Shown here: positions 21,526 through 31,030 of the stretch, in pieces
Layout: every line of letters begins with the position of its first letter
Numbering within the stretch: position 1 is the stretch's first letter
Source: an uncultured Acidimicrobiaceae bacterium
Lineage (GTDB): Bacteria; Actinomycetota; Acidimicrobiia; Acidimicrobiales; Aldehydirespiratoraceae
Direction: 5' to 3'
DNA length: 58,120 nucleotides
NCBI GenBank assembly: GCA_913041415.1
Contig: CAJWHS010000006.1
Span: forward strand, 1 to 58,120
Notes under the pieces: generated by a model
The model's input: only the letters and a program-made list of their open reading frames with translations
Databases searched by the model: none
Told to the model about the DNA's origin: nothing
Translations under genes and position numbers: made by a program

Positions 21526-21881
21526 TTGAGTACTCCCTTGCGCCAGGCGTACAGAAGGCCTAGCAAGAGGATGAAGATGAAGATCGCCATCTCGATCAGG
21601 CCGAAGGTTCCGTAAGCCTCAAGGCGGGTTGCCCACGGGAAGATGAAGACGGCCTCAACGTCGAACATGACGAAAAGCAGCGCAAACACGTAGTACCGGA
21701 TGTTGGCCTGGGACCACATGTCGCCGGTCGGCTCGACACCGGACTCGTAGGCCTCGGTCTTGGCCAGCGTGGGCTTGTTAGGGCGCAAGATCTTGCCCAG
21801 CCCAAGGAACACACCGACGAGCGCGACCCCGATGAGGCCAAAGATGCCAACCGTCAGGTAGCTACGAAGAAAATCCGACAC
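21516..21881 (-). CDS. nuoA: NADH-quinone oxidoreductase subunit A (11-subunit cluster)
   Basis: [27 protein letters not shown]. Confidence 0.95.
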   Translation of the reverse strand: MSDFLRSYLTVGIFGLIGVALVGVFLGLGKILRPNKPTLAKTEAYESGVEPTGDMWSQANIRYYVFALLFVMFDVEAVFIFPWATRLEAYGTFGLIEMAIFIFILLLGLLYAWRKGVLKWA

Positions 21882-22058
21882 GAGGGATGACCCTACCGTT
21901 GGGGTTTCGGGCAGAACAAAGCCGGGAAGTGCACGTTCCCAGCCCGGGCGAGGCTACCTGCGTACCACCCGATTCGAAGGGATTGAGGACGATTTCCGCA
22001 GCGAGATTCCGTCGTTTCTTCGCGCTGTGGCAGGCATCACCAACTACCGTCATCGTCA

Positions 22059-22511
22059 TCAATCATCGAACGGGACGACCCTCGATGCCAGCCAACGGCC
22101 GGTGCCGGCCAGCAACAGGGCCGGGAGCGAGCGACCGAAGATTGACTCGAGGCGTCCGAGCACACCCGTGCCCGAGACCCGCCAGAGGTCGAGCAGGATC
22201 GCAGCACCTGCCTGCAAGGTGACGGCCCACGCGATCGCGACCGTCGCCGTGCGCAGCGACGGCACCAGATCGACTTGCGGTGTCGTGGCGACGAGCACGG
22301 CCGCCCCGATCACCATGAGTCCGGTGGTGGGCGAGGCGTTGCGGGTGAGTTCGGCTAGATCGTCGCTGAACACCCCCCAGCGTTCGTCGATGAAACCCGA
22401 CAGGGGGCCGAGCATCCGAAGCACGGCGCAGACGAGCAGGACGACGATGAGGGCCTCGCGCGCCTCGTCCCAGCTGACCGGGGGCGCCGAGGACTCGGTG
22501 TCGCCGCTCAT
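22059..22511 (-). CDS. hypothetical membrane protein between the two nuo clusters
   Basis: 150 aa with about 4 hydrophobic segments, starts 10 bp after the nuoN stop. Confidence 0.65.
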   Translation of the reverse strand: MSGDTESSAPPVSWDEAREALIVVLLVCAVLRMLGPLSGFIDERWGVFSDDLAELTRNASPTTGLMVIGAAVLVATTPQVDLVPSLRTATVAIAWAVTLQAGAAILLDLWRVSGTGVLGRLESIFGRSLPALLLAGTGRWLASRVVPFDD

Positions 22512-22521
22512 CGGGGCCCGG

Positions 22522-24210
22522 TCAGCCTGCGGCGATCAGAACAGGGATGGCGTCTCGGGTGATGTCGTCGAGTTCGCCCGGAACGAGGCCGAAGCCGACC
22601 GTGATCACGAGGGCCACGATGATCGCGAGACCAGCGGCGCGCGGCACACGGATCGTCGGAGCATCGTCCTCGGCCTGACCGAGGTACATCGACAAGATGA
22701 TGCGCAAGTATAGGAACGCCGATACGACCGCCGTGACCATGGCAGCGATCGCAAGCCAGTACGAGCGGGCCTCGACTGCAGCGCCAATCACAGCGAACTT
22801 GGCGACGAAGCCCGAAGTCAGCGGCACCCCAGCCTGAGCGAGCAGGAAGACGGTCAGGGCGAGCGCCAGGGCTGGCCGACGAGTGCTGAGGCCGTCGAGG
22901 TGATCGAGGCTCGTGCCACGATCGCCCTCGCCCGAAACGATGCTCAACACGCCGAAGCTGCCGATCACGAGAAAGGTGTAGGCGACGGCATAGAACAGCA
23001 CCGACGAGACGCCTTCGTTCGAGGCGGCCTGGACGCCGACAAGGATGAAGCCTGCGTGGCTGATCGAGGAGTAGGCGAGCATGCGCTTCGCATCACGCTG
23101 CACGATCGCCATGAACGAGCCGACCACGAGGGTGAGGATCGCGAGGGCGTAGACCGCAGGCTGCCAGTCGTCGGCGTGGTCTGCAAACGTCGTGACGAAG
23201 ACCCGGACCAACGCCGCAAAGCCGGCCGCCTTGACCGCCGAGGCCATGAAGGCGACCACCGGGGTGGGCGCACCCTGGTAGACGTCGGGGGTCCAGGCGT
23301 GGAACGGGGCCGCCGCGACCTTGAAACCCAGCCCGACGAGAAGCATCGCCATGCCCGCCATCAGCAGACCGTCCTCGACAAGTCGGTTCTGCTCGAGGAA
23401 ATCAGCGATCACGATCAGGTTCGTGGAGCCGACGGCGCCGTAGGTCAAGGCGATGCCGTACAGCAGGAACGCCGAGGAGAAGGCGCCGAGAACGAAGTAC
23501 TTGAGACCGGCCTCTTGGCTCTCGGAGCGACGCATGTGCATCGCCGCCATCACGTACACCGCGATGCTCAGCGTCTCGAGGGCGAGGAACAACACGATGA
23601 GGTCGTTCGCGCTCGCCATGACGGCACCACCAGCGCCCGAGAACAGCATCAGGACGTACATGTCGGCACCGGCCATGCCTTCACGTTCGAGGTAGTCGTC
23701 GAGGAGCAGGGCGACGAGCACGATGGCGCTGGCAATGACACCGGTGATCACCAGCGAGAAGCCATCGGCACCGAGCTGATCGCCGACAAGGCCGAAGGCG
23801 CCGTCGATCTCGTATCGGTCGGTCCACACCCCCCACGTGGCGGCGAGGCTGGTGAGCCCGATCATGACCGTCAGCGCGGCGTCGACGCTGAGCCGCAAGT
23901 ACTGGGCAAACCAGCCGCCGAGGCCGACCATGATCAGGAGACCGAGGAAGAAGACGGGGTCGCCGAGGCCGTCACGGAGGCCGGCAAGCGGCACGTCGGT
24001 GCCCGCGAAGCCGCCGACGACCCACATGGCGATCACGGTGACACCACCGATGACGGGCACGGCCTGATCGGCAGCCGCCTTCGGCAGTTGCTTCATCAGC
24101 GACCGGAAGAGCACCAGCAGCAGGGCACCGACGCCGAGAGTCAGGATCGGCAGCAGGCCGTCCCAAGTGATCTCGGGGCGGGCGACCGTGGAATCGAGCT
24201 GCGCGATCAT
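22522..24210 (-). CDS. nuoN: NADH-quinone oxidoreductase subunit N (14-subunit cluster)
   Basis: FLALETLS, EAGLKYFVLG, FKVAAAPFHAWTPDVYQGAPTP, GFVAK. Confidence 0.95.
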   Translation of the reverse strand: MIAQLDSTVARPEITWDGLLPILTLGVGALLLVLFRSLMKQLPKAAADQAVPVIGGVTVIAMWVVGGFAGTDVPLAGLRDGLGDPVFFLGLLIMVGLGGWFAQYLRLSVDAALTVMIGLTSLAATWGVWTDRYEIDGAFGLVGDQLGADGFSLVITGVIASAIVLVALLLDDYLEREGMAGADMYVLMLFSGAGGAVMASANDLIVLFLALETLSIAVYVMAAMHMRRSESQEAGLKYFVLGAFSSAFLLYGIALTYGAVGSTNLIVIADFLEQNRLVEDGLLMAGMAMLLVGLGFKVAAAPFHAWTPDVYQGAPTPVVAFMASAVKAAGFAALVRVFVTTFADHADDWQPAVYALAILTLVVGSFMAIVQRDAKRMLAYSSISHAGFILVGVQAASNEGVSSVLFYAVAYTFLVIGSFGVLSIVSGEGDRGTSLDHLDGLSTRRPALALALTVFLLAQAGVPLTSGFVAKFAVIGAAVEARSYWLAIAAMVTAVVSAFLYLRIILSMYLGQAEDDAPTIRVPRAAGLAIIVALVITVGFGLVPGELDDITRDAIPVLIAAG

Positions 24211-25853
24211 CCTGCGCCCCCTTCGACCAAGGCCGACTCATCGGTGGCTTTCGAGTCCTTCTTCTTGCCGAGATCCTTCAGGTCGTCGACGTCGAGGTCC
24301 TCGCCTTGGTCGGCGTCGGCCTCGTCGAAGTCCTCCACATTGCCCTCGATATGTTCGATCAAGGCGTCGACCGCAGGCTCCATGCGTTCAAGCACGGGCG
24401 CCGGGTACAGGCCCATGACGAAAATGGCGGCAAGGAACGGCACCATGATCGCCCCTTCGGACCAGGTGAGATCCTTCATCTCGGCGTTGTCGCCCTCGGC
24501 GGGGCCGTGGAAGACCCGCTGGTAGGCCCACAGCAGGTATAGGGCGGCGATGACGACACCGGTGGCGGCGACGATCGCCCACCAGCGATGCGCCGCGAAA
24601 GCACCAAGCAGCGCGAGGAACTCCCCAACGAAGCCATTAAGGCCGGGCAGACCGACTGAGCTCAACATCACGACCATGAAGACGGCCGCGAAGACCGGTG
24701 CCGGCTTCTGGAGGCCGCCGAGTTCGGCGATCAGACGGGTGTGGCGGCGGTCGTAGATCCAACCGACGAGCAAGAACAGCGCGCCGGTCGAGATGCCGTG
24801 GTTGACCATCTGCAACAGGCCGCCGGACAGGCCCTCGGTGTTGAGGGCAAAGGTGCCGATCACGATGAAGCCGAGGTGGGCGACCGAGGAGTAGGCAACG
24901 AGACGCTTGAGGTCTTTCTGCATCGTCGCCGCAATCGCACCGTAGATAATGCCGATCGTGCCGAGGGCGACGAGCGCCGGCGCGAAGTACACGGACGCCT
25001 CGGGGAAGAGATAGATGCCGAAGCGCAGGAGGCCGTAGGTGCCAAGTTTGAGCATGACGCCAGCCAGGATCACCGAGCCCGCCGTGGGCGCGTTGGTGTG
25101 GGCGTCGGGCAGCCAGGTGTGGACCGGGAACAGCGGAACTTTCACCGCAAACGCGACGGCAAAGCTCAGGAAGATCCAGCGGGCCGTCGTGGTGGCAAGC
25201 GCCTGTTCCTCGGCGAGGTAAACGAGATCGAACGACACGGCGTTGCCGGTCTCGGCTGCGGTGAGGAACGCCGTGGCGAGGATGCCGACGAGCATGAACG
25301 CCGAACCGAACATCGTGTACACGAAGAACTTGGTCGCGGCGTAGGCCCGGGCTCCGTGACCCCACTGGCCGATGAGGAAGTACATCGGTACCAGCACGAT
25401 CTCGAAGAACACGAAGAAGGCGAAAAGGTCGAGTGCGAGGAACACGCCCATGACCCCTGCCTCCAGTAGAAGCAGCCAGGCGTAGTACGCCTTCGGGGTG
25501 TGCTCGGCCTCGATCGCAAGAATGGTGAGCGGGAAGAGGGCGGCCGTGAGTACGACCAACCAGAGCGAGATGCCGTCGAGACCCAGGGTCCACGAGATGC
25601 CGAGGCCGGCGATCCATTCGGCAGAGTCAACGAACTGGAACTCGTCGGCGGTGTGCTTGTCGAACTCAACCATGACCCAGGCGGTCATGCCGGCAACGGC
25701 ACCGCTAACGAGGAAGGCCACCTGCTTGAAGTACTCGGGCCGCCCGTTGGGCAACACGAGCATCAGCAGTGCCCCGAGGAACGGGGTCACCACCAGGGCG
25801 CTGAGGATCGGGAACGGCACGTCGGCCGACGAAGCTGCGAGCAGAGAAGACAT
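24207..25853 (-). CDS. nuoM: NADH-quinone oxidoreductase subunit M (14-subunit cluster)
   Basis: FFVFFE, VKVPLFPVHTWLPDAHTNAPT, GLPGLNGFVGE; acidic C-terminal tail. Confidence 0.95.
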   Translation of the reverse strand: MSSLLAASSADVPFPILSALVVTPFLGALLMLVLPNGRPEYFKQVAFLVSGAVAGMTAWVMVEFDKHTADEFQFVDSAEWIAGLGISWTLGLDGISLWLVVLTAALFPLTILAIEAEHTPKAYYAWLLLLEAGVMGVFLALDLFAFFVFFEIVLVPMYFLIGQWGHGARAYAATKFFVYTMFGSAFMLVGILATAFLTAAETGNAVSFDLVYLAEEQALATTTARWIFLSFAVAFAVKVPLFPVHTWLPDAHTNAPTAGSVILAGVMLKLGTYGLLRFGIYLFPEASVYFAPALVALGTIGIIYGAIAATMQKDLKRLVAYSSVAHLGFIVIGTFALNTEGLSGGLLQMVNHGISTGALFLLVGWIYDRRHTRLIAELGGLQKPAPVFAAVFMVVMLSSVGLPGLNGFVGEFLALLGAFAAHRWWAIVAATGVVIAALYLLWAYQRVFHGPAEGDNAEMKDLTWSEGAIMVPFLAAIFVMGLYPAPVLERMEPAVDALIEHIEGNVEDFDEADADQGEDLDVDDLKDLGKKKDSKATDESALVEGGAG

Positions 25854-28156
25854 CAGAAGGTCGTCCTCACGAGGAACCACGCGATGAGACCCACCGCACC
25901 AACCGCCACGAGTGCGGCATAACTACGAACCAAACCGGTCTGCAGGGTTCGGAGCCTCCCGCCAGCCGTGCGCACCAGACGACCGGTGCCGTTGACGATC
26001 CCGTCGACGATCGTGGCATCGAACCAGGCCACCAGGTCAAAGCCCTTGCGACCGGGCCCGCCCATGAAATCAGTGACCGCTTCGTCATAGCGCCAGCCCC
26101 GAGCAAGGATGGCCAACTCGACCTTCTCAGCCGGGATGCGCTTCTGGAGATAGATCGCGACCGCTGCGGCGATGCCGACCGCTCCGATGACCACGGCGAT
26201 GGTCGCCAGGATCCACAGCTCACCGCCGGAGAGGCCGAGCTTGTGTTTGTTGCCGTACAGCGTGGGTTCCAACCATTTCTCGAGGAAGTGAAGGTCCTTG
26301 CTGAACGGGAGGTTCATGACACCGGCGATAATCGCCGCGCCCGAGAGCAGGATGAGCGGAACCGTCATCTGCCACGGCGACTCGTGGGGATGGAATTCAC
26401 GACGTTCCTTGACGGCTGCGGGCAGATCGTCGTCGCTGATCCCCTCGAGGTCATCGCCTGCGCTTGCCGCTGCGGCGAGCACCGTCTCGACATTTGCACG
26501 GGCCGTGTCGACCCCTGCTCGGGCGGCGTCGACCGACACGGTGACCTCATCGACGGTCTCTTGGGCCTTGACGACGCCTTCCTTGGCCTTCTCGAGGTTC
26601 TTGGTGGCCTTGTCGAAGGCTTTTTCGTCGGACTCGTCAGCCTCAGCCATTTCGGCTTCGCGCTGCTCGAGCTTCTCAGCGGCCTTGTCGAGCTTCTCCT
26701 GGGCCTTCACGATGCCGTCTTCGGCAACACCGATACCGGCCTCCGCCTCGGCCACGGCGGCCTCAGCGGTGGCGAACCGGGTATCCCAGATCTCGGAGAT
26801 CTCCTCGGGACGCACGTCGGCATAGCGGTACTCGCCGAAGAAGGTCATGAAGACCTGCCGGCTCATGTAGAACGCCGTGAGTAACGCCGTGATCAGCCCG
26901 ATGACCCACAGCACCGGGTTGACGTCGTAGGCGTAGGCCAGGATTTCGTCTTTCGACCAGAAGCCCGAGAACGGCGGCACACCGGCGATTGCGAGCCAGC
27001 CCACAATGAAGGTGGCCGAGGTGATCGGCATCAGCTTCTGCAGACCGCCGTAATGGCGCATGTCCTGGTCGTGATGCATGCCATGGATGACCGATCCCGA
27101 ACCAAGGAACAGCAGCGCCTTGAAGAAGGCGTGGGTGATCATGTGGAAGATGGCGGCGATGTAGGCGCCGATGCCGACGGCGAGGAACATATAGCCGAGC
27201 TGGCTGACCGTCGAGTAAGCCAGCACCTTCTTGATGTCGTTCTGTGCGACGGCGATGGTGGCGGCGAACAGCGCCGTGAGCGCACCCACCCACGCGATTA
27301 GGTCGGTGGACCACGAGGCGGCTTCGGCCAGCACCGGGTTGACCCGGGTGAGCAGGTAGATGCCCGACGTCACCATGGTGGCGGCGTGGATGAGCGCGGA
27401 GACCGGGGTCGGCCCCGCCATCGCGTCGGGCAGCCAAAGGTAGAGCGGGAACTGGGCTGACTTGCCAGCGGCGCCGATCAGCAACAGAACGGTGATCCAG
27501 GTGGCGGTGCTCTCGCTGATGTGACCACCCTCGGCGTTCCCGATGATGTCGACGTACTCGATCGAGCCGATCGTCACGAAGATCAGGAAGGTGGCGACCA
27601 TGAAGCCCCAGTCGCCGATGCGGTTGGTCACGAAGGCCTTCTTGCCGGCGGTGGCGTTGGCCTCCTCGGTGAACCAGAACGAGATGAGGAAGTACGAACA
27701 GGCGCCCACGCCCTCCCAGCCGAGGAAGGTGAGCAACAGGTTGTCGCCGAGCACGAGCATCAGCATCGAGAAGGCGAACAGGTTCAGGTAAAGGAAGAAC
27801 TTTGAGAAGTTCTCATCACCGTGCATGTACCCGATCGAATAAAGGTGGATCAGCGCACCGACACCGGTGATGAACAGGGTCATCGTGATCGACAGCGGAT
27901 CGACGAGGAAGCCGATGTCTACGGAAAAGTCGCCGACCGGCACCCACTCCCACAGGGTCTGGACGTGGCGTCGCTCGTCGGCGTCCTCGCCGAGGAGACC
28001 GAGGAACACGGCCGCGGCGGCTGCGAACGATCCACCCATCGCCATCGTGGCGACCCAGCCGGCACCGGGCTCCCCGAGCCGACGGCCGGCCACGAGGATC
28101 ACGAGGAACCCGAGCAGAGGGAACGCCGGAATCAGAAATGCAAGATCAAGCAACAC
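25853..28156 (-). CDS. nuoL: NADH-quinone oxidoreductase subunit L (14-subunit cluster) with large coiled-coil insertion
   Basis: GWEGVG, KKAFVTNRIGD, KSAQFPLYLWLPDAMAGPTP, GFWSKDEI. Confidence 0.95.
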   Translation of the reverse strand: MLLDLAFLIPAFPLLGFLVILVAGRRLGEPGAGWVATMAMGGSFAAAAAVFLGLLGEDADERRHVQTLWEWVPVGDFSVDIGFLVDPLSITMTLFITGVGALIHLYSIGYMHGDENFSKFFLYLNLFAFSMLMLVLGDNLLLTFLGWEGVGACSYFLISFWFTEEANATAGKKAFVTNRIGDWGFMVATFLIFVTIGSIEYVDIIGNAEGGHISESTATWITVLLLIGAAGKSAQFPLYLWLPDAMAGPTPVSALIHAATMVTSGIYLLTRVNPVLAEAASWSTDLIAWVGALTALFAATIAVAQNDIKKVLAYSTVSQLGYMFLAVGIGAYIAAIFHMITHAFFKALLFLGSGSVIHGMHHDQDMRHYGGLQKLMPITSATFIVGWLAIAGVPPFSGFWSKDEILAYAYDVNPVLWVIGLITALLTAFYMSRQVFMTFFGEYRYADVRPEEISEIWDTRFATAEAAVAEAEAGIGVAEDGIVKAQEKLDKAAEKLEQREAEMAEADESDEKAFDKATKNLEKAKEGVVKAQETVDEVTVSVDAARAGVDTARANVETVLAAAASAGDDLEGISDDDLPAAVKERREFHPHESPWQMTVPLILLSGAAIIAGVMNLPFSKDLHFLEKWLEPTLYGNKHKLGLSGGELWILATIAVVIGAVGIAAAVAIYLQKRIPAEKVELAILARGWRYDEAVTDFMGGPGRKGFDLVAWFDATIVDGIVNGTGRLVRTAGGRLRTLQTGLVRSYAALVAVGAVGLIAWFLVRTTF

Positions 28157-28164
28157 AGGTCAGC

Positions 28165-28485
28165 TCATCCCCTCAAGAGCGACACGTCGTCGGCGGTGGC
28201 ATCAGAGCGACGACGGTTGATCGCGACCACCAGGGCGAGGCCGACGACAACCTCCACCGCAGCGACCACGAGAACGAAGAACACGGAGATCTGGCCACCC
28301 ACATCGTTGAGGTCGGCACCGAAGGCGACGAACGAGATGTTCACGCCGTTGAGCATCAGCTCGACGCACATGAACATCACGAGTGGGTTGCGGCGGATCA
28401 ACAGGCCCGTCGCGCCGGTGGCGAACAGCAAGGCCGACAGCACGAGGTAGTAGGGCGAGGTGAGCGCAAGCTCGGCGAGAATCAC
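28165..28485 (-). CDS. nuoK: NADH-quinone oxidoreductase subunit K (14-subunit cluster)
   Basis: CVELMLN, AAVEVVVGLA. Confidence 0.95.
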   Translation of the reverse strand: MILAELALTSPYYLVLSALLFATGATGLLIRRNPLVMFMCVELMLNGVNISFVAFGADLNDVGGQISVFFVLVVAAVEVVVGLALVVAINRRRSDATADDVSLLRG

Positions 28486-29117
28486 GATGCGTCCTCCTCG
28501 ACCGTGTCGACATGGTGTTCGTCGTTGGCCCCCTCGGGCGCCAGCGACGGGAGGTCCACCGATGCCGGCGCAAGATCATCGAGCTGGTCAGCCGACGACT
28601 GTGACCGGGTGAGCACGACGGCACCGATCACGCCGATGGTGAGCAGGGCGGCGGTGAGCTGGAACGCGACTGCGTACTCGGTGAACAGGACCCGGCCGAT
28701 GCGCTCGATATCCGTAATGCCGGAATCGAGCTGTCGTTCGGGGTCGCCAGAGCCAACGCCGGTAGCGCCATCAGTGGCGACGAGCACGAACGTGATCGCC
28801 GTGGCGAGCAGTGAGGCGCCAAGCACAACCGCAAGCGGCTTTTGGCCGGCGATCGGTTCGACACCGAGATCCTCGGCCTTGTCGACACCGAGCAACATGA
28901 TCACGAAGAGGAACACGATCACGATTGCGCCGGCGTACACGACAATCTGCACCGCCGCGAGGAAGTGTGCTTCCTGCACGACAAAGATCACCGCGACACC
29001 GAGCAGGGTCTGGATCAAGAAGAGTGCCGAGTGCACGGCGTTGCGCGCGACGACGACGCCGATCGCCCCGGCGAGGATGATCGCCGCTCCGAAGAAGAAC
29101 GTGATGAATTCAGCCAT
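28482..29117 (-). CDS. nuoJ: NADH-quinone oxidoreductase subunit J (14-subunit cluster)
   Basis: NAVHSALF, QIVVYAGAI. Confidence 0.94.
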   Translation of the reverse strand: MAEFITFFFGAAIILAGAIGVVVARNAVHSALFLIQTLLGVAVIFVVQEAHFLAAVQIVVYAGAIVIVFLFVIMLLGVDKAEDLGVEPIAGQKPLAVVLGASLLATAITFVLVATDGATGVGSGDPERQLDSGITDIERIGRVLFTEYAVAFQLTAALLTIGVIGAVVLTRSQSSADQLDDLAPASVDLPSLAPEGANDEHHVDTVEEDAS

Positions 29118-29790
29118 GCTCGACGCTCGATGCTGCCGGTCGAGCTCCCTCGTCGTCGTTCGCCTCTGCGCTCTGCCCCGTTTCGGGGTCGCGTAAGCCG
29201 TAGCCCAGCTCGCCCGCCCAGTGGACGACGCCTTCGTAACGATGGTCGCCGGCCGGCGAGGTGGCCCGCATCCAGCCCGAGGTCATGGTGTCTTCGCCGT
29301 CGCGCCAGTCTTCCCACGGCAACTGCTGAGGCTTGCCGTCGTCGCCGACGAGCAGTTCGTTCTTGGTGTAGATCGCATCGCTGCGGTTGGTGAACGAGAA
29401 CTCGAACAGCTTCGACTCGGTGATGGCCTGCGTGGGGCATGCCTCGACGCACAGATCGCAGTGGATGCAGCGCAGGTAGTTGATCTCGTAGACGTAGCCG
29501 AAGCGCTCCCCTGGCGAGGTCGGTGCTTCGGGATTGTTATCGGCGCCGCGAACATAGATGCACTTGGCGGGGCACACGCCGGCACACAGCTCACAGCCGA
29601 TGCACTTCTCCATGCCGTCCTCGTACCGATTGAGGACGTGGCGGCCGTGGAGTCGGTCGGCCTTGGGGCGCTTCTCGTCGGGCTTGCCCTTCTCGAGGCC
29701 CTTGCCACCGCGGTAATCGCCGGTCACACGGTCTTCGAAGAGCTTCTTGAACGTGACGCCGAAGCCCTTGAGGTAGGAACCGTCAGCCAT
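29110..29790 (-). CDS. nuoI: NADH-quinone oxidoreductase subunit I (14-subunit cluster)
   Basis: HGRH, CIGCELCAGVCP, CIHCDLCVEACP; long C-terminal extension. Confidence 0.95.
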   Translation of the reverse strand: MADGSYLKGFGVTFKKLFEDRVTGDYRGGKGLEKGKPDEKRPKADRLHGRHVLNRYEDGMEKCIGCELCAGVCPAKCIYVRGADNNPEAPTSPGERFGYVYEINYLRCIHCDLCVEACPTQAITESKLFEFSFTNRSDAIYTKNELLVGDDGKPQQLPWEDWRDGEDTMTSGWMRATSPAGDHRYEGVVHWAGELGYGLRDPETGQSAEANDDEGARPAASSVEHG

Positions 29791-31030
29791 GGGCATCCTC
29801 CATCTCTTCGATGCGTTCGTTGCGGGCGTTGCGGATCGCAAGGGTCAACATGCCGGCAAGGGCCAAGAAGACGGCCGCAAGACCCACACCGAGGCCGACG
29901 AACTGGGCGGTGCTCCAGGCTTCGTCGCGGCCGACCTGAATGAACGCCAACAAGATGAACCAACCGAGCGACAGCGGGATCAACAGCTTCCAGCCAAAGT
30001 CCATGAGTTGGTCGTAACGGAAGCGGGGCAAGGTGGCTCGCACCCACACGAGTAGGAACAAGAAGCCCATCAGCTTCACGAAGAACCAGAAGACGCCGAT
30101 CCACCAGCCCTCGGGAAAGAAGAACGCCGGGCCGTTGGGGCCGCCGAGGAAGAGCGTGACAAGCAGGGCGCCCATCGTGATCTGGTTCATGAACTCGGCG
30201 AGGAAGAAGAGTGCGAATCGGATCGAGGAATACTCGGTGTGGAAGCCACCGACGATCTCCTGCTCGGCTTCGACGAGGTCGAAGGGCGGATGGTTGAGCT
30301 CGGCCGTGCCGGCGATGATGAACACGACGAAGGGCACGATGCCGACCGGCAGGAGGTACCAGGCCGGAAGGATGTTCTCGATTCCGAGGAACGCAGGGCC
30401 CTCACCCGACTGGTCGATGACCATGGCATGGGTGGACAAGGTGCCCGAAACGAGAAGCACCGATGCAAGGGCGAGGCCGAGGGCCGCTTCGTAGGACACC
30501 ATCTGGGCCGAAGCACGCACGGAGCCGATGAGCGGGTACTTCGAGCCCGAGCTCCAGCCGGCAAGCATCACGCCATAGATCGCGAGCGATGACATGGCGA
30601 GGAACCACAGGACACCGACCGGCGGGTCGGCGACCTGAAGGAGCGTGTCGTGACCGAAGATGCTGACGACACCGTCGCCGTCGTCGCCATTGAAATCGCC
30701 GCCGATCGGGATGATCGCAAAGACGAGGAAGGCGGGCACAAGAGACAGATAAGGCGCCAGCTTGAAGGCGAAGCGATCCGAGTTCTCGGGGATCAGATCT
30801 TCCTTGAAGAAGAGCTTGATGCCGTCGGCCAGACTTTGGAGGATGCCCCACCGACCAGCCGTGTTGGGGCCGATGCGGTTCTGGAAGTCGGAGATGACCT
30901 TGCGCAGGAACCAGATGTTGAGCATCACCGCAACGAGCAAGAATGCAAACGCGACCAGCACCTTGAGGCCGGCGATCAGCGCATCGCCGAGCCAGTCGCC
31001 GGCGTAGAGCGGGTCTTGAGCAAACATCAT
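29783..31030 (-). CDS. nuoH: NADH-quinone oxidoreductase subunit H (14-subunit cluster)
   Basis: QNRIGPN, QSLADGIKLFFKED, PFDLVEAEQEIVGGFHTEYS, PRFRYDQL. Confidence 0.96.
   Translation of the reverse strand: MMFAQDPLYAGDWLGDALIAGLKVLVAFAFLLVAVMLNIWFLRKVISDFQNRIGPNTAGRWGILQSLADGIKLFFKEDLIPENSDRFAFKLAPYLSLVPAFLVFAIIPIGGDFNGDDGDGVVSIFGHDTLLQVADPPVGVLWFLAMSSLAIYGVMLAGWSSGSKYPLIGSVRASAQMVSYEAALGLALASVLLVSGTLSTHAMVIDQSGEGPAFLGIENILPAWYLLPVGIVPFVVFIIAGTAELNHPPFDLVEAEQEIVGGFHTEYSSIRFALFFLAEFMNQITMGALLVTLFLGGPNGPAFFFPEGWWIGVFWFFVKLMGFLFLLVWVRATLPRFRYDQLMDFGWKLLIPLSLGWFILLAFIQVGRDEAWSTAQFVGLGVGLAAVFLALAGMLTLAIRNARNERIEEMEDAHG

Noticed and set aside
11260-21881. The 11-subunit cluster as a group 4 [NiFe] hydrogenase or Mrp antiporter
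   Set aside because: NuoD has no CxxC Ni ligands and ends GDIDR; nuoA, J, K and H are present in complex I order; no Mrp E/F/G genes
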